A stretch of DNA of 64,000 bases from Candidatus Zhuqueibacterota bacterium (GTDB taxonomy: Bacteria > Zhuqueibacterota > Zhuqueibacteria > Oceanimicrobiales > Oceanimicrobiaceae), in the NCBI GenBank assembly GCA_029262055.1, contig JAJDAD010000036.1, forward strand, positions 26,772 through 90,771, read 5' to 3'. Under the pieces are notes generated by a model that did not search any database, was not told the origin of the DNA, and saw only the letters and a program-made list of their open reading frames with translations. Shown piece by piece: positions 27,053 to 35,926 of the stretch (positions are counted from its first letter, which is position 1; every line of letters starts with the position of its first letter). Made by a program: the position numbers and the translations under genes.

Positions 27053-28000
27053 ATGACATTCGATTCAAAATACTGGGCGGTTATTCTGGGCGGCTCCAGT
27101 GGCTTCGGATTAGCAACGGCTCAAAAGCTGAGTCGTCACGGCATGAATATCTGCATCGTGCACCGTGATCGTAAAGGCGCGATGAAACGAATCGAACCGG
27201 AGTTTGATGCTATCCGGAAGACGGGTGTTGAACTGCGCACTTTTAACGTCAACGCGCTTTCCCAGGAGGGCATGTCTACGGTCGTGGACGACCTGACCGC
27301 AGTACTCAGCGCTTCCGGCGGGAGAGTGCGGATGCTCTTGCATAGCATCGCTTACGGTAATCTTAAACTGTTGGCGCCGATTCCGGACGAAAAAGCTGAA
27401 GCGCACAATGCAAGAATAGGACAGTTGGCAGAGCGGTTAGGGGTCGATGCCGGCAAGGTCCAGACAGTTATTGATGAGCTGTTCGAGGCAGGCACGGAAG
27501 CTCTTGCCGGCGTTGCCACACCGGCTGTTTACAAAAATGAAGATTTACTTCACGATGAAGATTTTGCCCTTACTGTTTTTAGTATGGGTACGAGCCTGGC
27601 CTCCTGGGTACATGAAATCTGGCAGCGGGACCTTTTTTGCGCGGATGCCCGGATCCTCGGCCTGACCAGTGAGGGCAATGAAGTTGCCTGGCGTGGGTAT
27701 GCTGCGGTCTCGGCAGCAAAAGTTGCACTCGAGGCGGTTGCCCGTTCCATTGCGGTTGAGTATGCCCCTTACGGTCTGCGTGCCAACATCGTACAAGCCG
27801 GTGTTACGGACACCCCGGCTTTGCGTTTGATACCAGGGAATCAGCACTTGCAGGCTGCTGCAAAAATGCGGAATCCATTTAACCGAATTACTACCCCAAA
27901 AGATGTCGCCAATTTTGTCTACCTGATGTGCCTGGATGAAGCTGCCTGGTTGACCGGCAATATCATCCGAGTAGACGGCGGCGAACACATCTCGGGCTAA
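27053..28000 (+). CDS. SDR-family oxidoreductase, putative enoyl-[ACP] reductase (FabV/FabI-like features)
   Basis: Rossmann motif ILGGSSGFGLATAQKL resembles the G-x-S-S-G-x-G-L-A motif of FabV/TER enzymes. Y-x6-K (YAAVSAAK) is as in FabI-type enoyl reductases. First gene of the lipid cluster. Confidence 0.55.
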   Translation: MTFDSKYWAVILGGSSGFGLATAQKLSRHGMNICIVHRDRKGAMKRIEPEFDAIRKTGVELRTFNVNALSQEGMSTVVDDLTAVLSASGGRVRMLLHSIAYGNLKLLAPIPDEKAEAHNARIGQLAERLGVDAGKVQTVIDELFEAGTEALAGVATPAVYKNEDLLHDEDFALTVFSMGTSLASWVHEIWQRDLFCADARILGLTSEGNEVAWRGYAAVSAAKVALEAVARSIAVEYAPYGLRANIVQAGVTDTPALRLIPGNQHLQAAAKMRNPFNRITTPKDVANFVYLMCLDEAAWLTGNIIRVDGGEHISG

Positions 28001-28048
28001 CCAGGGACGGCAAGCCAGTAGAAAGCTCGCAGGAAATAAGGTAGAGTA

Positions 28049-29062
28049 TTGATCACGGGTACCGTTTTTATCCACGGGATGGGCCATTCGCATCCCGAAA
28101 ACATCATCGATAACAAGTTTCTAGAAGAACTTGATATCGGCACCAATGACAAGTGGATCATGGAGCGCGTCGGTATCCAAACCCGGCGCACCGTCCTGCC
28201 GCTGGACTACATCAAAGAGACCCGCAACCGGGACACGCGGGCGGCGGTCGATGCCGCCCAGGTGAGCAATGCCGAGACTGGCAAGATTGCGGCGGAAGTA
28301 GCTATTGCAAATGCCGGAATCAGTAGCGCTGATATCGGCATGGTCATCGCTGGTGGCTGCTCACCGGACACCGTCACGCCGGCAGAAGCTTGCAGCATTG
28401 CGGCGGCGTTGGAAATCGAATGTGAGTCCTTTGATCTGAACTCTGCCTGCTCCAGCTTTGGCGCCCAAATGCACTTCCTGGCGCGCATGCGACCGGAGTC
28501 TTTGCCGGAGTACATATTGTTGGTGTCGCCAGAAAACAACACGCGTACCATCGATTACAGTGATAGAAATACGGCTGTTCTTTGGGGTGATGGCACCAGC
28601 GCTGCCGTTGTCTCGACCCGGGTGCCGGCCGCGGCCCAAGCTGTTTTTCAGACCCTCACCTCCAGTCCGAAAGGCTGGGACAAAGTGGTGATCCCGCGGC
28701 AGGGGCATTTCAGCCAGGAAGGGCCGACGGTGCAGACATTTGCGATCAAGCGTACGGTGAAGTGCTATCGCCAGATCAGAGAGCGATACACGGATAATAC
28801 GCCTGGGCTTTATTTCGTCGGTCATCAGGCCAACCTGCGAATGCTGCAATCGGTTTGTGAGCGTAGCGAAATCCCGGAAGACCGGCATATGTTCAATGTC
28901 GATGTTTTCGGAAATACCGGTGCTGCCGGCGCTCCGGTAGTATTGAGCCAAAACTGGCGTCGTTTCAAAGCTGGTGATGTACTGGCACTGATTGTAGTCG
29001 GCGCCGGTCTGACCTGGTCAAGCATGGCAATTGAATTTGTGAATACCAACGGTTCCGTCTGA
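28049..29062 (+). CDS. 3-oxoacyl-ACP synthase III-like (FabH/KAS III family)
   Basis: Thiolase fold with active-site Cys context (DLNSACSSFGAQMHFLA) and N-terminal VFIHGMGHSHPENIIDNKFLEE typical of FabH-like enzymes. The maximal ORF start codon is non-ATG. Confidence 0.75.
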   Translation: MITGTVFIHGMGHSHPENIIDNKFLEELDIGTNDKWIMERVGIQTRRTVLPLDYIKETRNRDTRAAVDAAQVSNAETGKIAAEVAIANAGISSADIGMVIAGGCSPDTVTPAEACSIAAALEIECESFDLNSACSSFGAQMHFLARMRPESLPEYILLVSPENNTRTIDYSDRNTAVLWGDGTSAAVVSTRVPAAAQAVFQTLTSSPKGWDKVVIPRQGHFSQEGPTVQTFAIKRTVKCYRQIRERYTDNTPGLYFVGHQANLRMLQSVCERSEIPEDRHMFNVDVFGNTGAAGAPVVLSQNWRRFKAGDVLALIVVGAGLTWSSMAIEFVNTNGSV

Positions 29063-29064
29063 AG

Positions 29065-29664
29065 ATGCAACTGACCTACAAAGAATTTCTGGAGCGGGAC
29101 CATTTCAGCAAGCAGGAACTGCTGGCCATTGCCTACGGACGTCTGGTCAGTGACCCGCCTGATGAGTTTGTTCGCCTGCCGACGCCACCGATGTTGATGG
29201 TAGATCGCGTGGTCGATGTTACCAGAAATGGCAAGCGCGGATTCATCGCCGGCGAACAAGATGTTGAGCTGGATGACTGGTTTTTTCAATGTCATTTTGA
29301 CTCGGACCCCGTGCAACCCGGGTGTCTGGGTGTCGATGCCATCTGGCAATTACTTGGCTTTTACTGCGGTTGCTGCGGTAGTGTCGGGCGTGGGCGTGCT
29401 TTGGGCTGTAAAGAAGTCTCGTTTGAAGGCCAGATACGTCCACATAATAAGCTGGTGCGCTACGAAATTGAAGTGCGGCGCTACACCGTCCTGCAGGGCG
29501 GGCATTCCTCGCTGATCATCGGCAGCGGCAGAGTGATTGTCGACAACGAGCTTATTTACACTGTTACCGACGCGAAGGTGGGTGTGTTCACCGGAATAGG
29601 ATACCCGGACTACCCGCACAAATCGGGGAACGCCGTCGGCGGCATCATGCGGCGGGACCTTTAG
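29065..29664 (+). CDS. fabA: FabA-type 3-hydroxyacyl-ACP dehydratase / trans-2,cis-3-enoyl isomerase
   Basis: DWFFQCHFDSDPVQPGCLGVDAIWQL matches the FabA active-site signature (His in CHF, Asp, PGCLG). Confidence 0.8.
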   Translation: MQLTYKEFLERDHFSKQELLAIAYGRLVSDPPDEFVRLPTPPMLMVDRVVDVTRNGKRGFIAGEQDVELDDWFFQCHFDSDPVQPGCLGVDAIWQLLGFYCGCCGSVGRGRALGCKEVSFEGQIRPHNKLVRYEIEVRRYTVLQGGHSSLIIGSGRVIVDNELIYTVTDAKVGVFTGIGYPDYPHKSGNAVGGIMRRDL

Positions 29665-29676
29665 GGAGTTTTAGAA

Positions 29677-30135
29677 ATGCAGACGCTGTCGAAAGCAGAG
29701 GTTTTAGCGATGGTGCCGCAGCAGCGCCCGTTTCGATTTATCGACGAAATCACGGAGCTGGATGACGAACACATTGTCTCAATCTATACTTTTCGGCCGG
29801 ATGAGTCATTTTACGAAGGCCATTTCCCGGGTAACCCGATCACACCAGGTGTGATTTTGCTGGAGACCCTGGCGCAAACAAGTGTCGTGGCTTTCGGGAT
29901 TTACCTTGCTTCAAAGGTGATGCCGAAAGAGGATATTTTGCAGTTGCTGACGCTCTTCACGGAAGCGGATGTCGAGTTTTCCGGCATGGTCAGACCCGGT
30001 GACCTTGTGACGGTGCGCGCAAAGAAATTGTATTTCAGGAGATTCAAAATCAAAGTAGAAGCCGAGTTGCTGCTTGCAGACGGATCCGTAGCCTGCAGCG
30101 GTAGCATCGCTGGAATGGGAGTCAAGCAGACATGA
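29677..30135 (+). CDS. FabZ-like hot-dog fold 3-hydroxyacyl-ACP dehydratase
   Basis: YEGHFPGNPITPGVILLETLAQ (FabZ HFPG.P..PGVL motif). 4 nt overlap with the next gene. Confidence 0.8.
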   Translation: MQTLSKAEVLAMVPQQRPFRFIDEITELDDEHIVSIYTFRPDESFYEGHFPGNPITPGVILLETLAQTSVVAFGIYLASKVMPKEDILQLLTLFTEADVEFSGMVRPGDLVTVRAKKLYFRRFKIKVEAELLLADGSVACSGSIAGMGVKQT

Positions 30136-31409
30136 GGAATCGGGTCGTTATCACCGGTATGGGAATCGTCGCTCCTAATGGCCACGGTCTGGAGGCGTTC
30201 GAGTCGGCCCTGCGTGCCGGCAAGTCAGGCATTCGGCTCCAGCCGGAACTGGAGGAGCTCAAGTTCGGTTGTCATGTGGCCGGCGTTCCCGAAAATATTG
30301 ATGAGCTCAGCGAAAAGTATTTCACGGAGGAACAGCTTTTTGCGATGAACATGAGCATTCGTTTTGCCTGCATCGCAGCGACGGATGCGTGGACGGACGC
30401 CGGTTTTGCTATGCCCGCGGTCGATTCGGATGACGTCGATTGGGACACAGGCGCTATCGTCGGAACGGGCATCGGCGGCATGGACCTTATCGGCAAGAAA
30501 CTGGTACCCTTCACAAATGAAAAACGTGTGCGCCGACTCGGCAGCACCATGGTCGAGCAAATCATGGCGAGCGGCATCTCCGCAAAAGTTGGCGGTTTGC
30601 TTGCTTTGGGGAATCAAGTCACAACCAACAGCAGCGCCTGCAGTACGGGCGCCGAAGCGGTAATCGATGCCATGTTTCGTATCCGCAGCGGTCAGGCCAA
30701 GCGCATGCTGGCGGGCGGAACCGAGGAAGCTTCGGTTTATATTTGGGCTGGGTTCGATTCCATGCGCGTTCTTAACCGCAATCACAACCATGAACCTGAA
30801 AGAGCGTCGCGTCCGATGAGCGCCACCGCTGCCGGTTTTATTCCGGGATCAGGTGCGGGCCTGCTCATGCTGGAGGATCTGGAGAGCGCGCAGGAACGGG
30901 GTGCGCGTATTTATGCGGAAGTTATCGGCGGAGCAGTCAATTGTGGCGGGCACCGTATGGGGGGCAGTATCACCGCGCCTAACCCAACCGGCGTGCAACG
31001 CTGTATTCGCCAGGCTTTAGGCGACGCCGATATCGCCGGCACGGAAATCGACGCCATCAATGGCCATCTGACGGCGACCTTTGCCGATCCGCACGAAATC
31101 CGCAATTGGGCTACCGCCCTGGATATTGCGCCGGACAAATTGCCGTTGGTGAACTCCACAAAATCTCTGATCGGACATGGTCTCGGCGCTGCCGGTGGAT
31201 TAGAATCCGTGGCCAGTGTCCTGCAGGTCCATAAGGGATTTGTACACGGGTCGGTGAATTGTGAGGATTTGCATGAGTCGCTGGAACCATTTGCCGGCAG
31301 TATCGTTCAGGAGACTCGTGAGTTCGCGGATTTGAAGGTGCTGGCCAAAGCCAGTTTTGGTTTCGGGGACGTAAACGCATGCGTGTTGTTCAAGAAATGG
31401 GAGGATTAG
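30132..31409 (+). CDS. beta-ketoacyl-ACP synthase I/II-like (elongating KS)
   Basis: VITGMGIVAPNG N-terminus. Active-site Cys (TNSSACSTGAEAV). Conserved His/Lys regions (AINGHLTAT; NSTKSLIGHGLGAAGGLE). Confidence 0.8.
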   Translation: MRNRVVITGMGIVAPNGHGLEAFESALRAGKSGIRLQPELEELKFGCHVAGVPENIDELSEKYFTEEQLFAMNMSIRFACIAATDAWTDAGFAMPAVDSDDVDWDTGAIVGTGIGGMDLIGKKLVPFTNEKRVRRLGSTMVEQIMASGISAKVGGLLALGNQVTTNSSACSTGAEAVIDAMFRIRSGQAKRMLAGGTEEASVYIWAGFDSMRVLNRNHNHEPERASRPMSATAAGFIPGSGAGLLMLEDLESAQERGARIYAEVIGGAVNCGGHRMGGSITAPNPTGVQRCIRQALGDADIAGTEIDAINGHLTATFADPHEIRNWATALDIAPDKLPLVNSTKSLIGHGLGAAGGLESVASVLQVHKGFVHGSVNCEDLHESLEPFAGSIVQETREFADLKVLAKASFGFGDVNACVLFKKWED

Positions 31410-31489
31410 ACCGGGGAGATCATCCTCACCGCAATTTGCGACCATGGATTTCGAAAGAAGAATTGAATTTAAAATAATGGAGGCCGAAA

Positions 31490-31735
31490 ATGTCAAAAGA
31501 TGAAGTACTCAAAAAAGTAATTGATATTTTGTCAAAATACAGTAAAACAGATATATCCGCTGAGTCCATCTCGATGGAGACCTCAATCCTGGATGACCTG
31601 AAGATCAACTCGGCGCGGCTTGTCGATATCGTCCTGGATTTCGAAGATGCGTTCGATATCGAGGTTGAAGACGATGATGCCGATAAGGTCAACACAGTCG
31701 GCGACGGAGTAGAACTGATTATGGCGAAAATCTAA
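31490..31735 (+). CDS. acyl carrier protein (non-canonical N-S-A phosphopantetheine site)
   Basis: 81 aa. Aligns to E. coli AcpP helix II ([21 protein letters not shown] vs DLKINSARLVDIVLDFEDAFD). The Ser is conserved but flanked N-S-A rather than D-S-L. Confidence 0.75.
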   Translation: MSKDEVLKKVIDILSKYSKTDISAESISMETSILDDLKINSARLVDIVLDFEDAFDIEVEDDDADKVNTVGDGVELIMAKI

Positions 31736-31749
31736 CTCGGACAGGCATC

Positions 31750-32508
31750 ATGAAGAACACAGAACTCCGTTACAGAGAAATTCTCTCGCTCAAATTCCAA
31801 CGTTTTGTCGGCTGGTTTACCTTTCCGGTTTGGGGCGGCATGACCATTGCCGCGATGCGTTTCGGTGCAGGCTATCGGATTCAGCACCTGCGCCAGATCC
31901 GCAAGAAATACCGCGAGATTGTAAAAGAGAACTCGGGCCCCATTCTCCTATGCCCAAATCATCTTACCATGATTGATTCCGCCATCCTAAATTGGAGTCT
32001 TGTGTCTGTCTGGTCCTATCTAAAGTCAATCAAGGCATTTTCCTGGAACTTGCCTGAAAAAAACAACTTCTACAAGAATCCGCTATTGCGTTCAGTGTGC
32101 TACTTTGGCAGTTGCATTCCGATCGAGCGCGGCGGCAGCCGGGATTCCGTTAAGAAATCCCTGGAGAAAGTGATCTACCTGCTGCGCAAAGGGTACCCGG
32201 TCACAGTTTTTCCGGAAGGGAAACGCAGCCGGAGCGGCAGGGTTGATGCAGAGGGATATTCATATGGCGTTGGCCGTCTGGTCAACATGGTGAGCGACTG
32301 CAAAGTTCTGTGTGTCTATCTGCGCGGACATCGTCAAGACAAACACAGCGGCCTGCCCAGCCGCGGCTCGCGCTTTTATCTGGACATGAAGCTCATCGAA
32401 CCGGAGAGCATTTATTCCGGCCTGCGTGCCACCCGGGACGTTGCTTCCCAGATTATCGAAGAGCTGCAGGCCATGGAACAAGCCTATTTTGCTACTTGTC
32501 GGCAATGA
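31750..32508 (+). CDS. lysophospholipid acyltransferase family protein (PlsC/LPLAT, HX4D)
   Basis: HX4D motif in LLCPNHLTMIDSAIL. FPEGKRSRSG acyl-acceptor-binding motif. N-terminal membrane-association segment. Confidence 0.7.
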   Translation: MKNTELRYREILSLKFQRFVGWFTFPVWGGMTIAAMRFGAGYRIQHLRQIRKKYREIVKENSGPILLCPNHLTMIDSAILNWSLVSVWSYLKSIKAFSWNLPEKNNFYKNPLLRSVCYFGSCIPIERGGSRDSVKKSLEKVIYLLRKGYPVTVFPEGKRSRSGRVDAEGYSYGVGRLVNMVSDCKVLCVYLRGHRQDKHSGLPSRGSRFYLDMKLIEPESIYSGLRATRDVASQIIEELQAMEQAYFATCRQ

Positions 32509-33187
32509 CATCGTCGACCTGCATGAGCCGGCTTGCCGTGACAAAGCCGGCGATGACCGCTTCATGCGACGTGTCTTTGCCGAACCAGAACAAACCCTGA
32601 TTCGGGAAGCGCCTGATCCAACACAGGCGCTTTGGTGTCTCTGGGCCGCTAAAGAAACCGCCTACAAAATCATTTCCAAAATCACCGGTCCTCCCGTCTT
32701 TTCGCACCGAAAATTTGTTGTTGCCCCCACAGAACCGGGGGATTCAATGCAGGACGATTCTGAGCTGGTCGTTGTTTTCTCCGATACGAAGATTCAAATT
32801 CAGACGAGCACGCCCGGTCCATACGTCCACGCTACCGGCGCCTGGCAGGATGACAGGAGCGACCCGGACTGTAAACGAATCAGTGAAATCATGAAGGTTG
32901 GCCCTGATGACCTTGACCTGGTCCGGCATCTGGCGTTTTCGGATGAGGAGCGCCGCTCCATACGTACACCGGAATCAGCTCTTATTCGCCACTTCTGTAA
33001 GCAGAGCATCGCACAGGTGCTGCCGGTGGCTCCGGAACGCATGCAGATCGTGCGGCCGACTGAGAGCGGTAAGATGCACCCCCCGTTTGTCGTTTTGGAC
33101 AACGAGCGAACGGACAAGATCGATGTCAGTTTTTCGCATCACGGACAGTGGTTGGCGTGGGTGGTAGCGATCTCGCCCGGAAACTGA
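32489..33187 (+). CDS. 4'-phosphopantetheinyl transferase
   Basis: LLVGNDIVDLHEP (G.DIV.. Mg-binding motif) and WAAKETAYK (the AAKEA.YKA motif). The maximal ORF starts at GTG 32426 with an 83 nt overlap; TTG 32489 gives a ~20 nt overlap. Start uncertain. Confidence 0.6.
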   Translation: MLLVGNDIVDLHEPACRDKAGDDRFMRRVFAEPEQTLIREAPDPTQALWCLWAAKETAYKIISKITGPPVFSHRKFVVAPTEPGDSMQDDSELVVVFSDTKIQIQTSTPGPYVHATGAWQDDRSDPDCKRISEIMKVGPDDLDLVRHLAFSDEERRSIRTPESALIRHFCKQSIAQVLPVAPERMQIVRPTESGKMHPPFVVLDNERTDKIDVSFSHHGQWLAWVVAISPGN

Positions 33188-33365
33188 TCCAGGAGTCTGT
33201 CCCTCAATTTCCCTCTTACAAATGCGACAATAGGAGTTTGCCTAGTTCCGAATAAGCCATTGGCTTATTCGGGCACACCAAAACCCCTATTTCTTTTCAC
33301 ATTAAATCTCTTTAATATTTCACAGCATTGATGTGATTGTGCATGGGGCGCGAGACGCTTTAGAT

Positions 33366-33417
33366 GGGGGATTCAGGTGTGACCGAGTTGGTGGGGGTGA
33401 ATCCCCCTCTATTTTTT
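33366..33417 (+). terminator. hairpin plus U-tract (possible operon terminator or sRNA 3' end)
   Basis: gggggattca-(22 nt)-tgaatccccc followed by tctATTTTTT. A perfect 11 bp palindrome also lies at 33248-33273 (ccgaataagcc-attg-ggcttattcgg). Confidence 0.3.
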
Positions 33418-33554
33418 CGGCAGGAAGACACAGCAGGCTGTGCTTCGAATATGTCCTGCATTTGTTAGTAAAAGGTTGAATCCCGTCCAAGTATTCTTAA
33501 CTTTTAGAGACTACTAATCGTTAAGCCGACCGTGCCATCCCGGGAGCTCCCCCT

Positions 33555-34370
33555 TTGTTTGGACCTGATTCAGCCAAATTCATTACCGCGATCACCTTTG
33601 CCGCTTCTTCGGTACTGCTGGTTATCGTGGCTTATACCGTTCATATTCTAATTTCTAATCGGCGCCTGAACCTCGCTCACAAAAAACTTCAGGCCTTGAC
33701 TGCAAGGCTTTCCTCCGCTGAAGAAAGCGAACGAAAACGCATCGCGGAGGAGTTGCACGACCGAATCGGAGAGACGCTCGTTGTTACCTCGCGTTCTATC
33801 GAAGAGCTGAAGGGTAAAATGGCTTCTGAGGAGGCGGGCAGGGATTTGGACCAGCTCGGCAAAACCATTCAGAAATTTCTTAAGGGTACCCGTTCTCTTA
33901 TTTTTGATTTGATCCCACCCGCGCTCTACGACATAGGCCTGGAAGCCGCGGTTGAGTCATTTGTCGCACGCAGTAAGAAACGCTACCAGATCGATCTTAG
34001 AATGATAGATGACGGGAAAGAGAAACCGCTTGCCACTGATGCCGCCGCATTTCTCTACAAAGCCATTCGTGAGTTGGTGTTAAATGTGGTAAAGCACTCC
34101 AACGCTCATCAGGCCACAATCACTCTGATGAGGCAAGGCGGTGACTACAAAGTCGTAGTAGAGGACAATGGTGTTGGCTTCAGCCAGAACGGAGCAGGCC
34201 ATTCGGATGCCGGTTCCAGCGGCTTCGGGCTATTCAATATCCAGGTTCAGGCTGAATACTATGGAGGTTCTGTGCAAATAGATTCTGCGCTACCCGCGGG
34301 TGGGCGTGTCACCATGTCTGTGCCACTCAAGCCAAATAGAAAGAATGAAGATTCGCGTCCTGGTCGTTGA
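33555..34370 (+). CDS. sensor histidine kinase, NarL/DesK type (HisKA_3 plus HATPase_c)
   Basis: N-terminal TM helix. H-box ERKRIAEELHDRIGETL. ATPase motifs (VVEDNGVGF, GFGLFNIQ). TTG start. Confidence 0.75.
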   Translation: MFGPDSAKFITAITFAASSVLLVIVAYTVHILISNRRLNLAHKKLQALTARLSSAEESERKRIAEELHDRIGETLVVTSRSIEELKGKMASEEAGRDLDQLGKTIQKFLKGTRSLIFDLIPPALYDIGLEAAVESFVARSKKRYQIDLRMIDDGKEKPLATDAAAFLYKAIRELVLNVVKHSNAHQATITLMRQGGDYKVVVEDNGVGFSQNGAGHSDAGSSGFGLFNIQVQAEYYGGSVQIDSALPAGGRVTMSVPLKPNRKNEDSRPGR

Positions 34371-35001
34371 AGACCATACCATCATCCGGTCCAGTCTGCG
34401 CGCCCTTATCGAACGCCAACAGGACATTGAAGTTGCGGGTGAAACCGGCGATGGCCGCGAGGCCGTAGACTTAGCCCGGAAGCTGGCCCCGGACATTGTA
34501 CTGATGGACGTGTCGCTGCGCGGTTCCGGCTTAACCGGCATCCAGGCGACGCAGGAGATAACAAACCTCAAGACCGGCGCCAAAGTGATTGCCTTGTCAG
34601 TGATCGAGGAGTTGAGTCATGTCAAGCGCATGCTTGCGGCCGGCGCATCCGGTTATCTGTTCAAAGGTTGTACCGAAGCTGAACTCATTGCCGCCATTCA
34701 CGCAGCCACAAACGGTCAGACTTTCTTTAGTGAAGACGCTACGCGGGTAATACAAGAGGACTACGTAGCCATCGTCCAAAACCCAGAGTCCGCACCCAGC
34801 AATCTCTCGCCACGTGAACTGGAAATTCTGAAGTGCCTGGTTGCCGGCCATCCTGCCAAGTACATTGCTGGCGAGTTGGAAATTTCCCGCAAGACCGTGG
34901 ATGCGCACAAGCGCAAAATCATGGAGAAACTAAACATCTGGAGCATCGCTGAGTTGACCCGCTATGCGTTGCGTGAAGGGATTATTTTGGAAGACGAGTA
35001 G
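34345..35001 (+). CDS. response regulator, NarL/FixJ family (REC plus LuxR-type HTH)
   Basis: MKIRVLVVEDHTIIRSS...DIVLMDVSL receiver domain. C-terminal LSPRELEILKCLVAGHPAKYIAGELEISRKTVDAHKRKIMEKL LuxR HTH. Overlaps the kinase gene by 26 nt. Confidence 0.85.
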   Translation: MKIRVLVVEDHTIIRSSLRALIERQQDIEVAGETGDGREAVDLARKLAPDIVLMDVSLRGSGLTGIQATQEITNLKTGAKVIALSVIEELSHVKRMLAAGASGYLFKGCTEAELIAAIHAATNGQTFFSEDATRVIQEDYVAIVQNPESAPSNLSPRELEILKCLVAGHPAKYIAGELEISRKTVDAHKRKIMEKLNIWSIAELTRYALREGIILEDE

Positions 35002-35008
35002 TGTGCCG

Positions 35009-35713
35009 TTACTGCATGGAACGAATTTTTTCTGAGTAAGACCCCTCCTCCGGTCGTTCAGGTGACCGGGAACCAAATGCGACAATCACCCCGATGGTAA
35101 ACAAGATGTTGTGCAGGATGTTCAGGATGGCCCGCGCATGAAATATATGCAAGAGGACATCATGGTTCGCAGTATACAGAAAAGCATCCAGCATGACCGA
35201 GCTACTGTAGTAACCTGCCAGCGAGATCAGGATCCAGAACCGGAAGTTTCTGCTCAGCTTTTCCGAGTCGTGAAGCCAGGTCTGACTCAACGTATACCAA
35301 CTGAACCCCGAAATCAGCAACAGCGCGATCGGCCTGGTTAAGTAATTTATTGTTGTCGCTTCGAAGGGTTCAATGCCAGTGACCCTGGCCAGCAAATAGA
35401 GACACAGGTAAGCCGGAATGCTTGCTCTGATGGCTTTGCGGATTGCAGGGCTTTCCTGCCAGGCAGACAGGGCATGCGCCAGTAGACCATATTCAATCGC
35501 AGTATATATATGAACGATCCACGCACTGGGTTTGTGAAGAAGATTGTGGGTCAGGATAATTATCTCAGTGGCTGCTGCGAGCAAGAAAAACAGCCATAAC
35601 GCCGCAGGAAAGAAGCTTCTCCTTCTACGCCACCAAAGCGCCTGCCAGACCACAAACGGTAAGAGTGTGGAGATGATTGAGGCAGTGATGAGGCCGGGGA
35701 GGTTGGAGAACAT
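35009..35713 (-). CDS. hypothetical polytopic membrane protein
   Basis: Six or seven predicted TM helices. The maximal ORF (TTG 35860) adds a 49 aa soluble leader; the ATG at 35713 (MFSNLPGLITASIISTLLPFVVW) begins the TM core. Confidence 0.45.
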   Translation of the reverse strand: MFSNLPGLITASIISTLLPFVVWQALWWRRRRSFFPAALWLFFLLAAATEIIILTHNLLHKPSAWIVHIYTAIEYGLLAHALSAWQESPAIRKAIRASIPAYLCLYLLARVTGIEPFEATTINYLTRPIALLLISGFSWYTLSQTWLHDSEKLSRNFRFWILISLAGYYSSSVMLDAFLYTANHDVLLHIFHARAILNILHNILFTIGVIVAFGSRSPERPEEGSYSEKIRSMQ

Positions 35714-35926
35714 AGTCAGTTGCTGTTTGTGCCGTGCTTGTGGGTCTGTGAAGGGTATCCTATCCAGGATAGGGTCGTAATATTTTGCGGTTAATTCAAG
35801 CAAAAAAGTGGATGGACTATTTGGCAAGGATTTGATCTGCAGCAGAGCAGAATTGCCCAATGGAGGTGTAAGAGCAAGACTTGAACTCTGACAGGGCTGA
35901 AAACCCTGTCAGAGTTTACTTTTCAC

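Noticed and set aside
27545-28093. 182 aa minus-strand ORF, with 28361..28951 and 30225..30791
   Set aside because: All are antisense to motif-bearing lipid-cluster genes on the + strand.
33248-33273. Perfect 11 bp-stem palindrome after the PPTase gene, as a terminator
   Set aside because: There is no U-tract on either strand. It may instead be a protein-binding palindrome, so it is not called as a terminator and is only noted alongside the downstream hairpin.
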